64,000 nucleotides of DNA from an uncultured Sulfuricurvum sp. (GTDB lineage: Bacteria > Campylobacterota > Campylobacteria > Campylobacterales > Sulfurimonadaceae), in NCBI GenBank assembly GCA_964491035.1, contig CAZBIR010000003.1, forward strand, positions 1,940 through 65,939, read 5' to 3'. This document shows, piece by piece, positions 51,287-60,600 of the stretch. Under the pieces are notes generated by a model that ran no database searches, was not told the origin of the DNA, and worked only from the letters and a program-made list of their open reading frames with translations. Made by a program: the position numbers and the translations under genes. Position 1 is the first letter of the stretch. The number at the start of each line of letters is the position of its first letter.

Positions 51287-52221
51287 TGTCCAGAAAAATT
51301 GCGATGATCTTCCCCGGCCAGGGGAGCCAAAGTATCGGCATGGGAAAATCGTTTTACGAAAACAGTCCGCTTGCGCGGGAAATGTTTGAAAAAGCGGGGG
51401 AACGGATCGGCGTCGATTTCGCCAGAGTGATGTTCGAGCCAAACGAGCAGCTTGACCAGACCGCCTATACCCAGCCCGCCATCCTTCTGGTATCGATGAT
51501 CGCGTATCGTCTGTTCCAGGAGGCATGTCCGACCGATGCGGTCATGTTTTTGGGACACTCGCTGGGTGAGTTCAGCGCGTTGTGCGCGAGCGGGGCGATC
51601 GATTACGTGGATGCGGTCGAGCTCGTCCATAAGCGCGGTGCCCTGATGCAGGGGGCGTGCGAATCGATAGATGCGGGGATGATGGCGATCCTGGGGCTCG
51701 ACGATGCGGTTGTCGAGGAGTTGTGTGCCAAGGCGCAGGGCGAGGGGAAAAAAGTGTGGCCCGCCAACTACAACCAGGCCGGTCAGCTCGTCGTTGCGGG
51801 GCTTAAAGCCGATCTGCAGTCGATGGAAAGCGTTTTCAAGGAAGCGGGTGCGAAACGGGCGCTGCTGCTGAACATGTCGATCGCCAGCCATTGCCCCCTC
51901 CTTGCAAGTGCCCAGGAACCGCTGGCCGAGGTGATGGAAAAAATGGTCAGCGACACGTTCGCCGCGCCGGTTGTCTCGAACGTGACGACCGGGAAGTATG
52001 CAACGAAAGCCGATGCGGTGGCGCTGCTGAAAGACCAGCTGGTCAAACCGGTCAAGTACAAGCAGTCGATCGAAGCGATTGCCGGCGAAATCGATGCGAT
52101 GATCGAATTCGGAAACGGCGCGGTCCTCAAAGGGCTCAACAAACGTAATGCGCCCGATATCGAGACGTACGGCATCTCCGACATGGAGACGCTGGCGAAG
52201 GTGTGTGAAGCCCTCGCATGA
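51286..52221 (+). CDS. fabD: Malonyl-CoA-ACP transacylase
   Basis: FPGQGSQ, TQPAI, GHSLGE, ANYN, SH. Confidence 0.96.
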   Translation: MSRKIAMIFPGQGSQSIGMGKSFYENSPLAREMFEKAGERIGVDFARVMFEPNEQLDQTAYTQPAILLVSMIAYRLFQEACPTDAVMFLGHSLGEFSALCASGAIDYVDAVELVHKRGALMQGACESIDAGMMAILGLDDAVVEELCAKAQGEGKKVWPANYNQAGQLVVAGLKADLQSMESVFKEAGAKRALLLNMSIASHCPLLASAQEPLAEVMEKMVSDTFAAPVVSNVTTGKYATKADAVALLKDQLVKPVKYKQSIEAIAGEIDAMIEFGNGAVLKGLNKRNAPDIETYGISDMETLAKVCEALA

Positions 52222-52976
52222 AGATTGCCCTTGTCCAGTCATCGCCGAGATTGAACCGCACAAACCTCGAGGAGATCGTGAAGCAGATCGGCCTGAACGC
52301 GGATGCGGACGTCATCGTATTTCCCGAACTCTCCCTCAGCGGCTACCTGCTGCAGGACAAGCTTTTTGAAGACGCCTGGCAGATCGATGAACTCGAAACG
52401 CTGGCCGACGCTAGCGCGCGGGTCGACGTCGTCGTCGGGGCCGCGCTGTGGGATGGTGGAAAAGTTTATAACGCCGCCCTCTATTTTTCGCGCGGAGCGT
52501 TGGTCCATATCCACCGCAAAAACCATCTCCCCACCTACGGAATGTTCGAAGAGGGGCGCTATTTTGCCGCGGGGGACGCGATTGCGGCTTTTGATACCCC
52601 CCAGGGGAGAGCGGTCATGGTCGTCTGCGAAGATTTGTGGCGCGCGGGAACGATTGACGCGATCGCCTCTTCGGGCGCGGAAATCGTCTATGTACTCGCC
52701 GCTTCCCCCGCACGGGGATTTGGCGAGGAGGGATTGGCGATCGAAGGGCAGTGGGACGCCCTGCTCAAAGCCACCGCGCTGCTGAGTCGCAATTACGTCG
52801 TGTTTGTCAACCGCGTCGGGTTTGAAGACGGGTTGGGATTCTGGGGCGGCAGCCGCGTCGTAACCCCCGATGGGGAGATCGAGCACCGGATGGGGCTGTG
52901 GGAGTCCCAAACGTCTGCCGTCACGTTAAACCGTCGTCTCCAGAAGGTGGGACGCTATATCACGAAAAACTTTTAA
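52218..52976 (+). CDS. Nitrilase-superfamily carbon-nitrogen hydrolase
   Basis: FPEL (Glu), HRKNHLPTYGMFEEGRYF (Lys), VCEDLW (Cys). Confidence 0.88.
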   Translation: MKIALVQSSPRLNRTNLEEIVKQIGLNADADVIVFPELSLSGYLLQDKLFEDAWQIDELETLADASARVDVVVGAALWDGGKVYNAALYFSRGALVHIHRKNHLPTYGMFEEGRYFAAGDAIAAFDTPQGRAVMVVCEDLWRAGTIDAIASSGAEIVYVLAASPARGFGEEGLAIEGQWDALLKATALLSRNYVVFVNRVGFEDGLGFWGGSRVVTPDGEIEHRMGLWESQTSAVTLNRRLQKVGRYITKNF

Positions 52977-52991
52977 CGGAGAAAGCAAAGT

Positions 52992-53684
52992 ATGAAAATA
53001 GCCATCATGGGCGCGATGCGCGAAGAGATCGATCCGATCCTCGAAGCGGTGGGATCGTATGCCGCGACCGAGCATGCGGGGAATACGTTTTATGAGTGCC
53101 GCTACGGCGGGCACGATCTCGTCATCGCCTATTCCAAAATCGGGAAAGTTTTCTCCGCGATCACCGCGTCGGTCATGGCCGGGCGCTACGGGGCCGAGGC
53201 GCTGCTGTTTAGCGGTGTGGCCGGGGGGATCAGCCCTGAGCTTAAAATCGGCGATCTGGTCATGGCGAGTGCGCTGTGCCAGCACGACGTCGATATCACC
53301 GCTTTCGGGCATCCTTATGGGTTTATTCCCGAGGGGAGCGTTATGATCCAGAGCGATCCGCAGCTGCGTTCGCTTGCATCGGAAGTGGCAATCGACATGG
53401 GAATCGAACTGTACGAGGGGGTGATTGCGACGGGGGACCAGTTCGTTGCCTCCGCGGAGCGCAAAAACTGGATCGCCTCGACGTTCGGTGCCGACGCGCT
53501 GGAGATGGAGGGGGCGAGCGTCGCGTGCGTCTGCGCCAATTTCGGCATCCCCTTTTTCATCCTCCGTGCGATCAGCGACAGCGCGGATGGGGATGCGGGG
53601 ATGGATTTTGATACGTTCCTCCAAAGCTCGGCCAAAGTGAGCGCCGATTTCATCCTCGAAATGGTAAAGCGTCTTGGCGATTAA
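52992..53684 (+). CDS. mtnN: 5'-methylthioadenosine/S-adenosylhomocysteine nucleosidase
   Basis: IAIMGAMREEI, IGKV, GVAGG, TGDQFV, EMEGASVA, RAISD. Confidence 0.95.
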   Translation: MKIAIMGAMREEIDPILEAVGSYAATEHAGNTFYECRYGGHDLVIAYSKIGKVFSAITASVMAGRYGAEALLFSGVAGGISPELKIGDLVMASALCQHDVDITAFGHPYGFIPEGSVMIQSDPQLRSLASEVAIDMGIELYEGVIATGDQFVASAERKNWIASTFGADALEMEGASVACVCANFGIPFFILRAISDSADGDAGMDFDTFLQSSAKVSADFILEMVKRLGD

Positions 53685-54432
53685 ACTCAGTAAAAAGATC
53701 ATGCGCCAGATCGGGCGCACCAATGCCCGTTTCGGCCTGATCGAGGAGGGGGACAAAATCCTCGTGGGGCTCAGCGGGGGGAAAGACTCCCTCACGATGG
53801 TCCATGCCCTGATGGAGCAGCAGCGGCGCGCTCCGTTCCGGTTCGAGATCCTGGCCGTCACGGTAACCTACGGGATGGGAGAAGAACTTTCGGCGCTGAT
53901 CGCCCATTGTGCCGAACATGGTATCCCTCACCGGGTGTATGAAACCAATACGTACGAGATCGCTGCCGACAAGATCCGGCACAACTCGTCGTTTTGCAGT
54001 TTCTTTTCCCGGATGCGTCGCGGGGCCCTCTATACGGCGGCCAAAGAGTTCGGGTGCAACAAGGTCGCCCTGGGACACCATCTCGATGATGCGGCGGAGA
54101 GCTTTTTCATGAACCTGATCTACAACGGTCATCTCCGCTCGCTGGCCCCGAAGTACAAAGCGGAAAACGGCCTCATCGTGATCCGCCCCCTGATCCAGCT
54201 GCGGGAGCGGCAGCTCGCCGCGTGCGCGCTGGAGAACGAGATGCCCACGATCGGAGACGAGGCGTGCCCGTCGATGCGTTTTGATGTCAAGATGCCGCAC
54301 GCGCGGGCGAGCATGAAGACGATGCTCCATGAGATGGAAGCCAAATACCCCGATTTGTTCGTCTCGATCAACTCGGCGTTCGGTCACATCAGCGACGACG
54401 CTTTTTTTGATCCCGAACGTTTTAATATCTGA
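53674..54432 (+). CDS. ttcA: TtcA-family tRNA 2-thiocytidine biosynthesis protein (PP-loop)
   Basis: SGGKDS, SRMRRGALY, ALGHHLDD, IRPL; TTG start. Confidence 0.82.
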   Translation: MAIKLSKKIMRQIGRTNARFGLIEEGDKILVGLSGGKDSLTMVHALMEQQRRAPFRFEILAVTVTYGMGEELSALIAHCAEHGIPHRVYETNTYEIAADKIRHNSSFCSFFSRMRRGALYTAAKEFGCNKVALGHHLDDAAESFFMNLIYNGHLRSLAPKYKAENGLIVIRPLIQLRERQLAACALENEMPTIGDEACPSMRFDVKMPHARASMKTMLHEMEAKYPDLFVSINSAFGHISDDAFFDPERFNI

Positions 54433-54871
54433 TGGTTTCGTGTTCCAGCCGTTTTTGGCTCAGAAAATCGATGATCCGTTCCTGGTAAATCTTCGAATCG
54501 GACCCCTGCGTGCACTCCTGGAGTTTTCGCAGGTGGGCGGGTTCGATTTTAAGGGCGTAACGGGGCATCAGTCGCAGCTCCTGGATGATCTCGTTTAACA
54601 GCATCTGTTCGTGCCCTTTTTTCTTGGCGTACGCCGAATCGACGTACTCTTTGACGGTCATGACCAGCGCCCCGGCACGGTCGGTTTCGGCATAGATCTC
54701 CCGGGCAATCGTTTCGAGGGTTTCGAGGTAGTGGTGGACCGGCTCTTCGGCCCCCGCGATCATGAGTGCGTAGGTCTTGGCCCGAAACTCCAGCGACGTA
54801 TGGTGGTAGACGAAAAGTTCGCGAAACGCACTGAAAAAATGGTTCCGTACCCTTCGGAATACGACACGCAT
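54422..54871 (-). CDS. Hypothetical helical protein
   Basis: 149 aa ORF with GGGGAG RBS, downstream of mutY. Confidence 0.72.
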   Translation of the reverse strand: MRVVFRRVRNHFFSAFRELFVYHHTSLEFRAKTYALMIAGAEEPVHHYLETLETIAREIYAETDRAGALVMTVKEYVDSAYAKKKGHEQMLLNEIIQELRLMPRYALKIEPAHLRKLQECTQGSDSKIYQERIIDFLSQKRLEHETIRY

Positions 54872-54891
54872 GATCTCCCCCTTTTTTTTTC

Positions 54892-55836
54892 CTAATTATA
54901 TCCTAACAATGCGATGGCTTTGTGGTCTGATCGGCTCAGGGGAAGGGCGGCGATTTCGGCGGGGTCGAACCACTCGAATCCTTCGGCCTCGAATGTCTCG
55001 TCGCTGAGGTAGACGTCGGCTTCGAGGGTAAAGTGCGAATAGTGCTGGGTGATGTGGCCCAGCAACGTCGCGCCGACCTTTTCGGAGGTCTCATAAAGCC
55101 CCCACAGCCCGTGCAGAAAACGCTCCCGACGCTGAAAAAGGGCCAGACAGCCGTTACGGCGGTGGATGATGAGATTGCGGACGCGGACCGGTTTGGGCGT
55201 TCTGGATTGGGGAGGGGGGTAGGCGAGGGGATCGTTTTTCCCCTCGCACCACGATTCGAACGGGCAGATGGAACAGCGGGGATTTTTAGCGGTGCAGATC
55301 ATGGCCCCCACATCCATCATCGCCTGGTTGAACTCGAACGGGTGGGACGGATCGAAGAGGCGGTAGGCGTATTCCCACAGCTTTTTTTCGTTGCGTTCTT
55401 TGAGGGCAAAATAGCGGTGCAAAATCCGCTTGACGTTGGCATCGAGGATGGGGAGCGGCTCGCGGTAGGCGAACGCCGCAATCGCGTGGGCGGTGGAACG
55501 CCCGATGCCGCTGAGTTTCATAAGCGCCTCGGCGGTGGTGGGGAGGATGCCCCCGCACGTGCGTGCCGCGGCATGGAGGTTTCGCGCCCGGGTGTAGTAG
55601 CCTAATCCTTCCCATTTTTTCAGGACGTCGTCGAGGTCGGCTTCGGCAACGTCGCGCAGAGTCGGAAAGCGTTCCAGGAAGGGGAAGTAGAACCGCTCCA
55701 GTACCGTTTTGACCTGGGTTTGCTGGAGCATGATCTCGCTGAGGTAGATATGATAGGGATTGTCGGTACAGCGCCACGGCAGGTCGTGGCGGCCGTCGCG
55801 CGCGTACCAGCGAAGGAGGGAAGTCTGGGGAGACAT
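54892..55836 (-). CDS. mutY: A/G-specific adenine glycosylase
   Basis: RHDLPWR, SEIMLQQT, GLGYYTRARN, LSGIGRSTA, LDANVKR, C-x6-C-x2-C-x5-C; start at MSPQTSL. Confidence 0.95.
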   Translation of the reverse strand: MSPQTSLLRWYARDGRHDLPWRCTDNPYHIYLSEIMLQQTQVKTVLERFYFPFLERFPTLRDVAEADLDDVLKKWEGLGYYTRARNLHAAARTCGGILPTTAEALMKLSGIGRSTAHAIAAFAYREPLPILDANVKRILHRYFALKERNEKKLWEYAYRLFDPSHPFEFNQAMMDVGAMICTAKNPRCSICPFESWCEGKNDPLAYPPPQSRTPKPVRVRNLIIHRRNGCLALFQRRERFLHGLWGLYETSEKVGATLLGHITQHYSHFTLEADVYLSDETFEAEGFEWFDPAEIAALPLSRSDHKAIALLGYN

Positions 55837-56003
55837 CACCCTAGCGTCGGCGGGTTGAAATACCAGAAAGCCGCGAGGGCGAAGATGCCGAAAAAGGCGA
55901 CTTTGAATACCCATTTCATCAGTTTGAGGTAGACGAGAAAGAGGATGATCCCGACCAGCCCCATCGTGCCCAGGCCGTATCCGCTCATCAAAAAATCGAT
56001 CAT
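55836..56003 (-). CDS. 55-aa small membrane protein (not in ORF track)
   Basis: MIDFLMSGYGLGTMGLVGIILFLVYLKLMKWVFKVAFFGIFALAAFWYFNPPTLG; GGAG 5 nt upstream; TGATG overlap with the mutY start. Confidence 0.75.
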   Translation of the reverse strand: MIDFLMSGYGLGTMGLVGIILFLVYLKLMKWVFKVAFFGIFALAAFWYFNPPTLG

Positions 56004-56027
56004 GAGGACTCCGAAAATAAATGGGGA

Positions 56028-56042
56028 ATTATAGCTTATAAT
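56028..56042. promoter_or_regulatory. Back-to-back TATAAT hexamers (ATTATA-gct-TATAAT) for the divergent small ORF/mutY and yigZ operons
   Basis: Perfect TATAAT on the minus strand (56028-56033) and plus strand (56037-56042). Confidence 0.6.
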
Positions 56043-56048
56043 AGCGCC

Positions 56049-56630
56049 ATGAAAACGGTAGAGCAGCTATATGTCGGTTCGATCGAGGTGAAAGGGTCTA
56101 AATTTATGGCTCACCTGATCCCCGTGTCGATGTTTGAGAGCACCATGGCGCGGCTGAGGGGCGAACATCCCAAGGCGGTCCACTGGGTGAGCGCTTCGCG
56201 CGCCCTCAACGAATTCGACCAGATCGTCGAATCGTCCAGCGACGACGGGGAACCGCGGGGGACGTCGGGGAAACCGACGCTGGCCGTACTGCAGGGGCAT
56301 GATCTGATCAACGCCGCCATCATCACGGTGCGCTATTTCGGCGGGACGAAGCTGGGGCCGGGGGGGCTGGTGCGCGCCTATGCCGATGCGGCGAACGCGG
56401 CGGTCGAGGAGGCCGAGCTGTCGGCGTACGAAAAGCTTTTCGAGAAAACGATCGAAACCGATTACTCCCGTATCAGCGTGGTGGAATACGAATGCGCCCA
56501 AAACGGGGTCCGGATATTGGACAAAACGTTCGGGATTGATGGAGCGACGTTTCGGATACAGGGGACACGGGAGCGGCTGGAACGGCTTGCGAACGTGCTG
56601 GGACGCTCCGTTCGGGAGATCGGGGGGTGA
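56049..56630 (+). CDS. YigZ/IMPACT-family protein
   Basis: VKGSKF, SDDGEPRGTSGKP, VRYFGGTKLGPGGLVRAY. Confidence 0.92.
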   Translation: MKTVEQLYVGSIEVKGSKFMAHLIPVSMFESTMARLRGEHPKAVHWVSASRALNEFDQIVESSSDDGEPRGTSGKPTLAVLQGHDLINAAIITVRYFGGTKLGPGGLVRAYADAANAAVEEAELSAYEKLFEKTIETDYSRISVVEYECAQNGVRILDKTFGIDGATFRIQGTRERLERLANVLGRSVREIGG

Positions 56631-57262
56631 AAAAAGCGCTCATTTCGCGGGTTCTGCTGTATTCGCTGGCGGCGCTCGCCGCTTACGGCATTTACGAGCG
56701 TTCGCAAATCCTTCCCGAAACCGATGAAGCGTATTGCGCAAGAACGGGAAAGGTCAAGATCCACGGCCGTTTTTTCCAATACGACGTGTACGAAAACGGC
56801 GAGATGAAATCGATCTCGCAGATGCTTTCGAGAGGGTGCGAGGGGAAGGCGTACTGCGAAGTGGACCGTGCCTATCGGTACGTGCTGAACATCCCCTACA
56901 AGGAGAGTACGCAGAGCCGAACCCCCTCGGACGTCATCAACCAAAACGGGGGAGATTGCGACGAAAAGGCGTTTCTCCTCGCATCGCTGTTGCTCCACAG
57001 GGGGTATCCGTGCGTGTTGGTCACGACCAAAGACCACGGATTCCTGGCGGTCCACCTGGAGGACCCCGAAGTTGCCTTAGAGCCGTTGTCCTACCTTTTG
57101 ATCGAGGGGAAAAAGTACTATTTTGCCGAGACGACGGGGACGGCGGGATCGATCGGGGGATACAACGGGGTCCGTGCGGATGAGGTGGAGGGGGTTTTCG
57201 ACATGGTAAAAAAACAAGAGCTTCCCCGCGACCGGGTGGAATTTCATATCCGGGAGCGGTGA
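56627..57262 (+). CDS. Membrane-anchored transglutaminase-like protein
   Basis: N-terminal TM; GDCDEKAFLLASLL, DHGFLAV, YYFAETT. Confidence 0.75.
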   Translation: MKKALISRVLLYSLAALAAYGIYERSQILPETDEAYCARTGKVKIHGRFFQYDVYENGEMKSISQMLSRGCEGKAYCEVDRAYRYVLNIPYKESTQSRTPSDVINQNGGDCDEKAFLLASLLLHRGYPCVLVTTKDHGFLAVHLEDPEVALEPLSYLLIEGKKYYFAETTGTAGSIGGYNGVRADEVEGVFDMVKKQELPRDRVEFHIRER

Positions 57263-57269
57263 GGAGGGA

Positions 57270-58235
57270 TCACGTTTTGCTCCACAACTTCTCGTTCAGT
57301 TTCAGCTCCTCCACCAGTCCAATCGTATTTTTGAGGGTATTGACGTACTCCATCGCCTGTTTGTAATCGAGCAGTGAGGTAAAGACGGCCGGTTCGAAGA
57401 GGTCTTTCCCGGTACCGATCGCGACGTGGATGTGGTTGTGGACGAACGAGACGAACAGCGGGTGGGAGAGGCGGCGCTGGAAATCGAGGAGCCGTTTCAT
57501 CATCGAGTGGGTCAGGATGTAGCGCGTTTCGATGGGGTCGTTTCCGTAGACGACGAACGTTTTTTCGAATTCGGGGTCGTCCATGCGGATCAGGTCGTCG
57601 CGGCTGAAGTTTTTTGACTGAAACCATCCCCCGATCAGGGAGCCAAAGGTTTTTTCGGCGTGGTCGGGGAGGATCACCGTCTTGGCGCTGAAGTGTTTGT
57701 TGAATTCGGCGACGAGGAAGAGGCCGCGAAAGAGGGTGTGCCACTGGGTCCGCCCCTTGGAATCGCGGGTCTGGTATTCGGCATGGACGTCGGAAAACTC
57801 CAGGGGGACCCCCTCGATGGAGCCTTTGACGTAGTCGTTGCCGCTGTAGCGGTCGATGGAACGTTTGAAGAGGTCGCTGCGCTCGAACAGGTGCTGTGAA
57901 ACGGTGAAACCGGGATTGTAGAGGAGGTGGGGATCGATCGCATGGATCAGGGGGGTGATGATCCGCTCTTTGAAATCTCTGGCGTACCCCGATACCATCG
58001 ACCGGTAGATGATGGAGCCCAGGGCGATAAAACCGATAACCACCGCCATCATCGCCGGATGAAGGAGGCCAAACATTTTCCCCATCCAGGCGAGGGCGAT
58101 GAAAAATGCGACGATTCCCATCCCGCCGTAGAGCTTGAGCCGGGAGAGAATCTCTTTTCGGGTCGCTTCGAGCTCGCTCAGGGAGGGGTAGAGCTCCCGG
58201 TAATAAAAGTCGGTCAGTTCGGAGGCGCTTTTCAT
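57270..58235 (-). CDS. DUF3137-like membrane protein
   Basis: Two N-terminal TMs, FRGLFLVAEFNK, DPEFEKTFVVY...YILT; coupled to lemA. Confidence 0.75.
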   Translation of the reverse strand: MKSASELTDFYYRELYPSLSELEATRKEILSRLKLYGGMGIVAFFIALAWMGKMFGLLHPAMMAVVIGFIALGSIIYRSMVSGYARDFKERIITPLIHAIDPHLLYNPGFTVSQHLFERSDLFKRSIDRYSGNDYVKGSIEGVPLEFSDVHAEYQTRDSKGRTQWHTLFRGLFLVAEFNKHFSAKTVILPDHAEKTFGSLIGGWFQSKNFSRDDLIRMDDPEFEKTFVVYGNDPIETRYILTHSMMKRLLDFQRRLSHPLFVSFVHNHIHVAIGTGKDLFEPAVFTSLLDYKQAMEYVNTLKNTIGLVEELKLNEKLWSKT

Positions 58236-58792
58236 GAACGGCTGAAGAGATCGTGGACGTTGACGTTCTGGCGCTCGCTGAGGGTAATTTCAAATACCGC
58301 ACGACGTTGCAGTTTCATCCATCCCGCCATCAGGTTGGTCGGGAACATCTCGATGGCATTGTTCAGATCGGTGACCGCCTGGTTGTAGGCGCGGCGTGCG
58401 GCGGAGATCTGTTCTTCGATTTCGGAAAGGGAACGCTGGAGGTGCATGACGTTTTCGTTGGCTTTCAGATCGGGGTAAGCCTCCATCGCGACGGTGATGG
58501 AGCCCAGCGCGGCGGTGAGTTTGGCGTCGAGGGAAATTTTGGCTTCATCGCTGAGCCCCGGCTTCATCGCCTGGGCGCGCAGCTCGGTCACCTTTTGGAG
58601 CGTCTCTTTTTCGTGTTCCATGTACCGTTCGACCGAAGCGACGAGGTTGGGGATGAGATCGAAGCGTTTTTTGAGGACGGCGTCGACGCCGGCGAAGATG
58701 TTTTCGACCTGATTTTTTTTGCCGATGAGGGAGTTGTACATCAAGACGGCGATGAGGGCGAGCACCCCGAGAATGATGAGGGCAATCTGCAT
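58232..58792 (-). CDS. lemA: LemA-family protein
   Basis: YNSL, LKKRFDLIPNLV, EAYPDLKAN, ARRAYN, FPTN; start at MQIAL. Confidence 0.93.
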   Translation of the reverse strand: MQIALIILGVLALIAVLMYNSLIGKKNQVENIFAGVDAVLKKRFDLIPNLVASVERYMEHEKETLQKVTELRAQAMKPGLSDEAKISLDAKLTAALGSITVAMEAYPDLKANENVMHLQRSLSEIEEQISAARRAYNQAVTDLNNAIEMFPTNLMAGWMKLQRRAVFEITLSERQNVNVHDLFSRS

Positions 58793-58859
58793 GCGAATCC
58801 TTTGAAGTTGGGTAAAATTATTGTATCTTATTTTCGGTGATATGTCTTTATGAGGAGCG

Positions 58860-59306
58860 ATGATGAAAAAGAAGAGCTGGGTGGCGGCACTGGGGCTGGT
58901 TGCGTTGCTGGGCGGGTGCGCGTCAGCCCCCCTTCCACAGGGACACGGCTCCCAGAGCGAGGGGATCAAGAAGCTGATGCGCCAGCTTAACGCCGATCTT
59001 TTGGATAACTACAACAGCGAACTTCAAAAAGACGAGATCCGCATCCGGTACGCCCATCGCCTCGCTTCGGACCTCGTCGCGGCGGCCTCGGGGCTGGAGC
59101 GGAAGTTTGACCTCGAAGCGCAAGAAGGGAAAATCAGCCCCCTCCAAAAAAGCAAATACCTCGCCTACGCCGGGGAATTGCGCGAACATGCCCGCCGGCT
59201 CGATACGATTGCGCAGCGGTACGAGACCGAAAAACTCTCCGGGGCGTTCGGGAGTCTGGAAAAAACCTGTGCGGCGTGTCATGCCGACGTAAAGGCCAAA
59301 CCATGA
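58860..59306 (+). CDS. Lipoprotein cytochrome c' (class II, C-terminal heme motif)
   Basis: Lipobox LLGGC; helical body; single CAACH near the C-terminus. Confidence 0.78.
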   Translation: MMKKKSWVAALGLVALLGGCASAPLPQGHGSQSEGIKKLMRQLNADLLDNYNSELQKDEIRIRYAHRLASDLVAAASGLERKFDLEAQEGKISPLQKSKYLAYAGELREHARRLDTIAQRYETEKLSGAFGSLEKTCAACHADVKAKP

Positions 59307-60565
59307 AAAAACTCGCATCGCTGCTGATCGTCTGCGGGACACTTGGGGCCAACGACGAAATCGCCGAAATCCGCAAACAGATCGAAGAACTCAGTAAACG
59401 GCTTGAGCTCCTCGAAAAAAAATCGCTCGAAACGAAGCCCTCAGGTGCCGCGCCCACCGAACCCGCCAACGTCTCGAAGGGGACGCTGGAGCTGAGCAGC
59501 GCCGATACGGTGATCGGTCTGGGGGGACGGATCGAACTGCGATCGATCTACGCTTCGCCGGAGGGGGATTTCGCGGCGGGGAAAATCCCGCTGGACAACG
59601 ATGCGGACAGAGGGGAAGGGCTCTCGACCCATGCGCGCGAAAGCCGCCTGTGGGTCAAAAGCCGCACCCCGACTCCCTACGGTCCCCTTCGCGCCCTGGT
59701 CGAGGTCGATTTTATGGGGAGCGAAGGGAGCGAAGCCAATACCAACGGCCACGGCCCGCGTCTTCGCCACGCCTACCTGCAGCTGGGGGGGTGGACGATC
59801 GGGCAGACGAATTCGGCGTTCAACTCTCTCGTCGCCCTCGATACGATTTCGCTGGTGATCAACGACACAATGGTCCGCCAGCCGCTCGTCATGTACACGT
59901 TCCGGGACGAAACGGAATGGATGTACGATCTGTCGTTCGAACAGCCCGAGACGACGCTGATCGACCAAAACGGCGTCATCATCACCCCCAAAGACGACCG
60001 TTTCCCCGATGTCGTCGCCCGTGTCCGGTACTATCCGGGATGGGGCGAAGCGAGTCTGGCCCTGATGGGGCGTTACATTTTCCAGGACGAAGCCAAACTC
60101 AGCGACGGCCGTTACGTCGATTCGGCCGATTCGGCGTGGGGGTATGGGGCCAACCTCTCCGCGCGGATCAAAACGTTCGCGCAGGACGATTTGCGGTTCG
60201 ATCTCCAGTACGGACGGGGGGTGGGGCGCTATTTCGCCTATAACGCGTTTGCGGCCGGCTCCATCGACGATGCGGGGAATATCCGCCTGCAGGAGAGTTA
60301 CGGCGCCCATATCGGGTATCGTCATTTCTGGACCTCCACCCTCCGTTCGACCCTCGCGTACGGTTACGCCGCGACGAAAAACCGCTCGGACATCGTCTCG
60401 GACAAGGCGAACAAAAAAGCGACGTCCCTGCAGGCCAACCTCCTGTGGAGCCCGTTTGCCAACGCGCTGGCGGGGGTGGAATACGCTCGCGCAGAGCGGG
60501 AGGTCGAAAGCGGCGAGAAGGGGACACTGGAGATGGGAATGCTCGTCTTCCGATACGATTTTTAA
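59303..60565 (+). CDS. DcaP-like outer-membrane porin with N-terminal coiled coil
   Basis: Signal peptide, coiled coil, ARESRL, VEVDF, RLRHAY, GQTNSAF, terminal RYDF. Confidence 0.82.
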   Translation: MKKLASLLIVCGTLGANDEIAEIRKQIEELSKRLELLEKKSLETKPSGAAPTEPANVSKGTLELSSADTVIGLGGRIELRSIYASPEGDFAAGKIPLDNDADRGEGLSTHARESRLWVKSRTPTPYGPLRALVEVDFMGSEGSEANTNGHGPRLRHAYLQLGGWTIGQTNSAFNSLVALDTISLVINDTMVRQPLVMYTFRDETEWMYDLSFEQPETTLIDQNGVIITPKDDRFPDVVARVRYYPGWGEASLALMGRYIFQDEAKLSDGRYVDSADSAWGYGANLSARIKTFAQDDLRFDLQYGRGVGRYFAYNAFAAGSIDDAGNIRLQESYGAHIGYRHFWTSTLRSTLAYGYAATKNRSDIVSDKANKKATSLQANLLWSPFANALAGVEYARAEREVESGEKGTLEMGMLVFRYDF

Positions 60566-60600
60566 GAATTTATCCACCGTTGAATCCCGATTAGGATAGA

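Noticed and set aside
57270..58792. lemA paired with a DUF3137-like gene
   Set aside because: Commonly seen pairing; nothing unusual here
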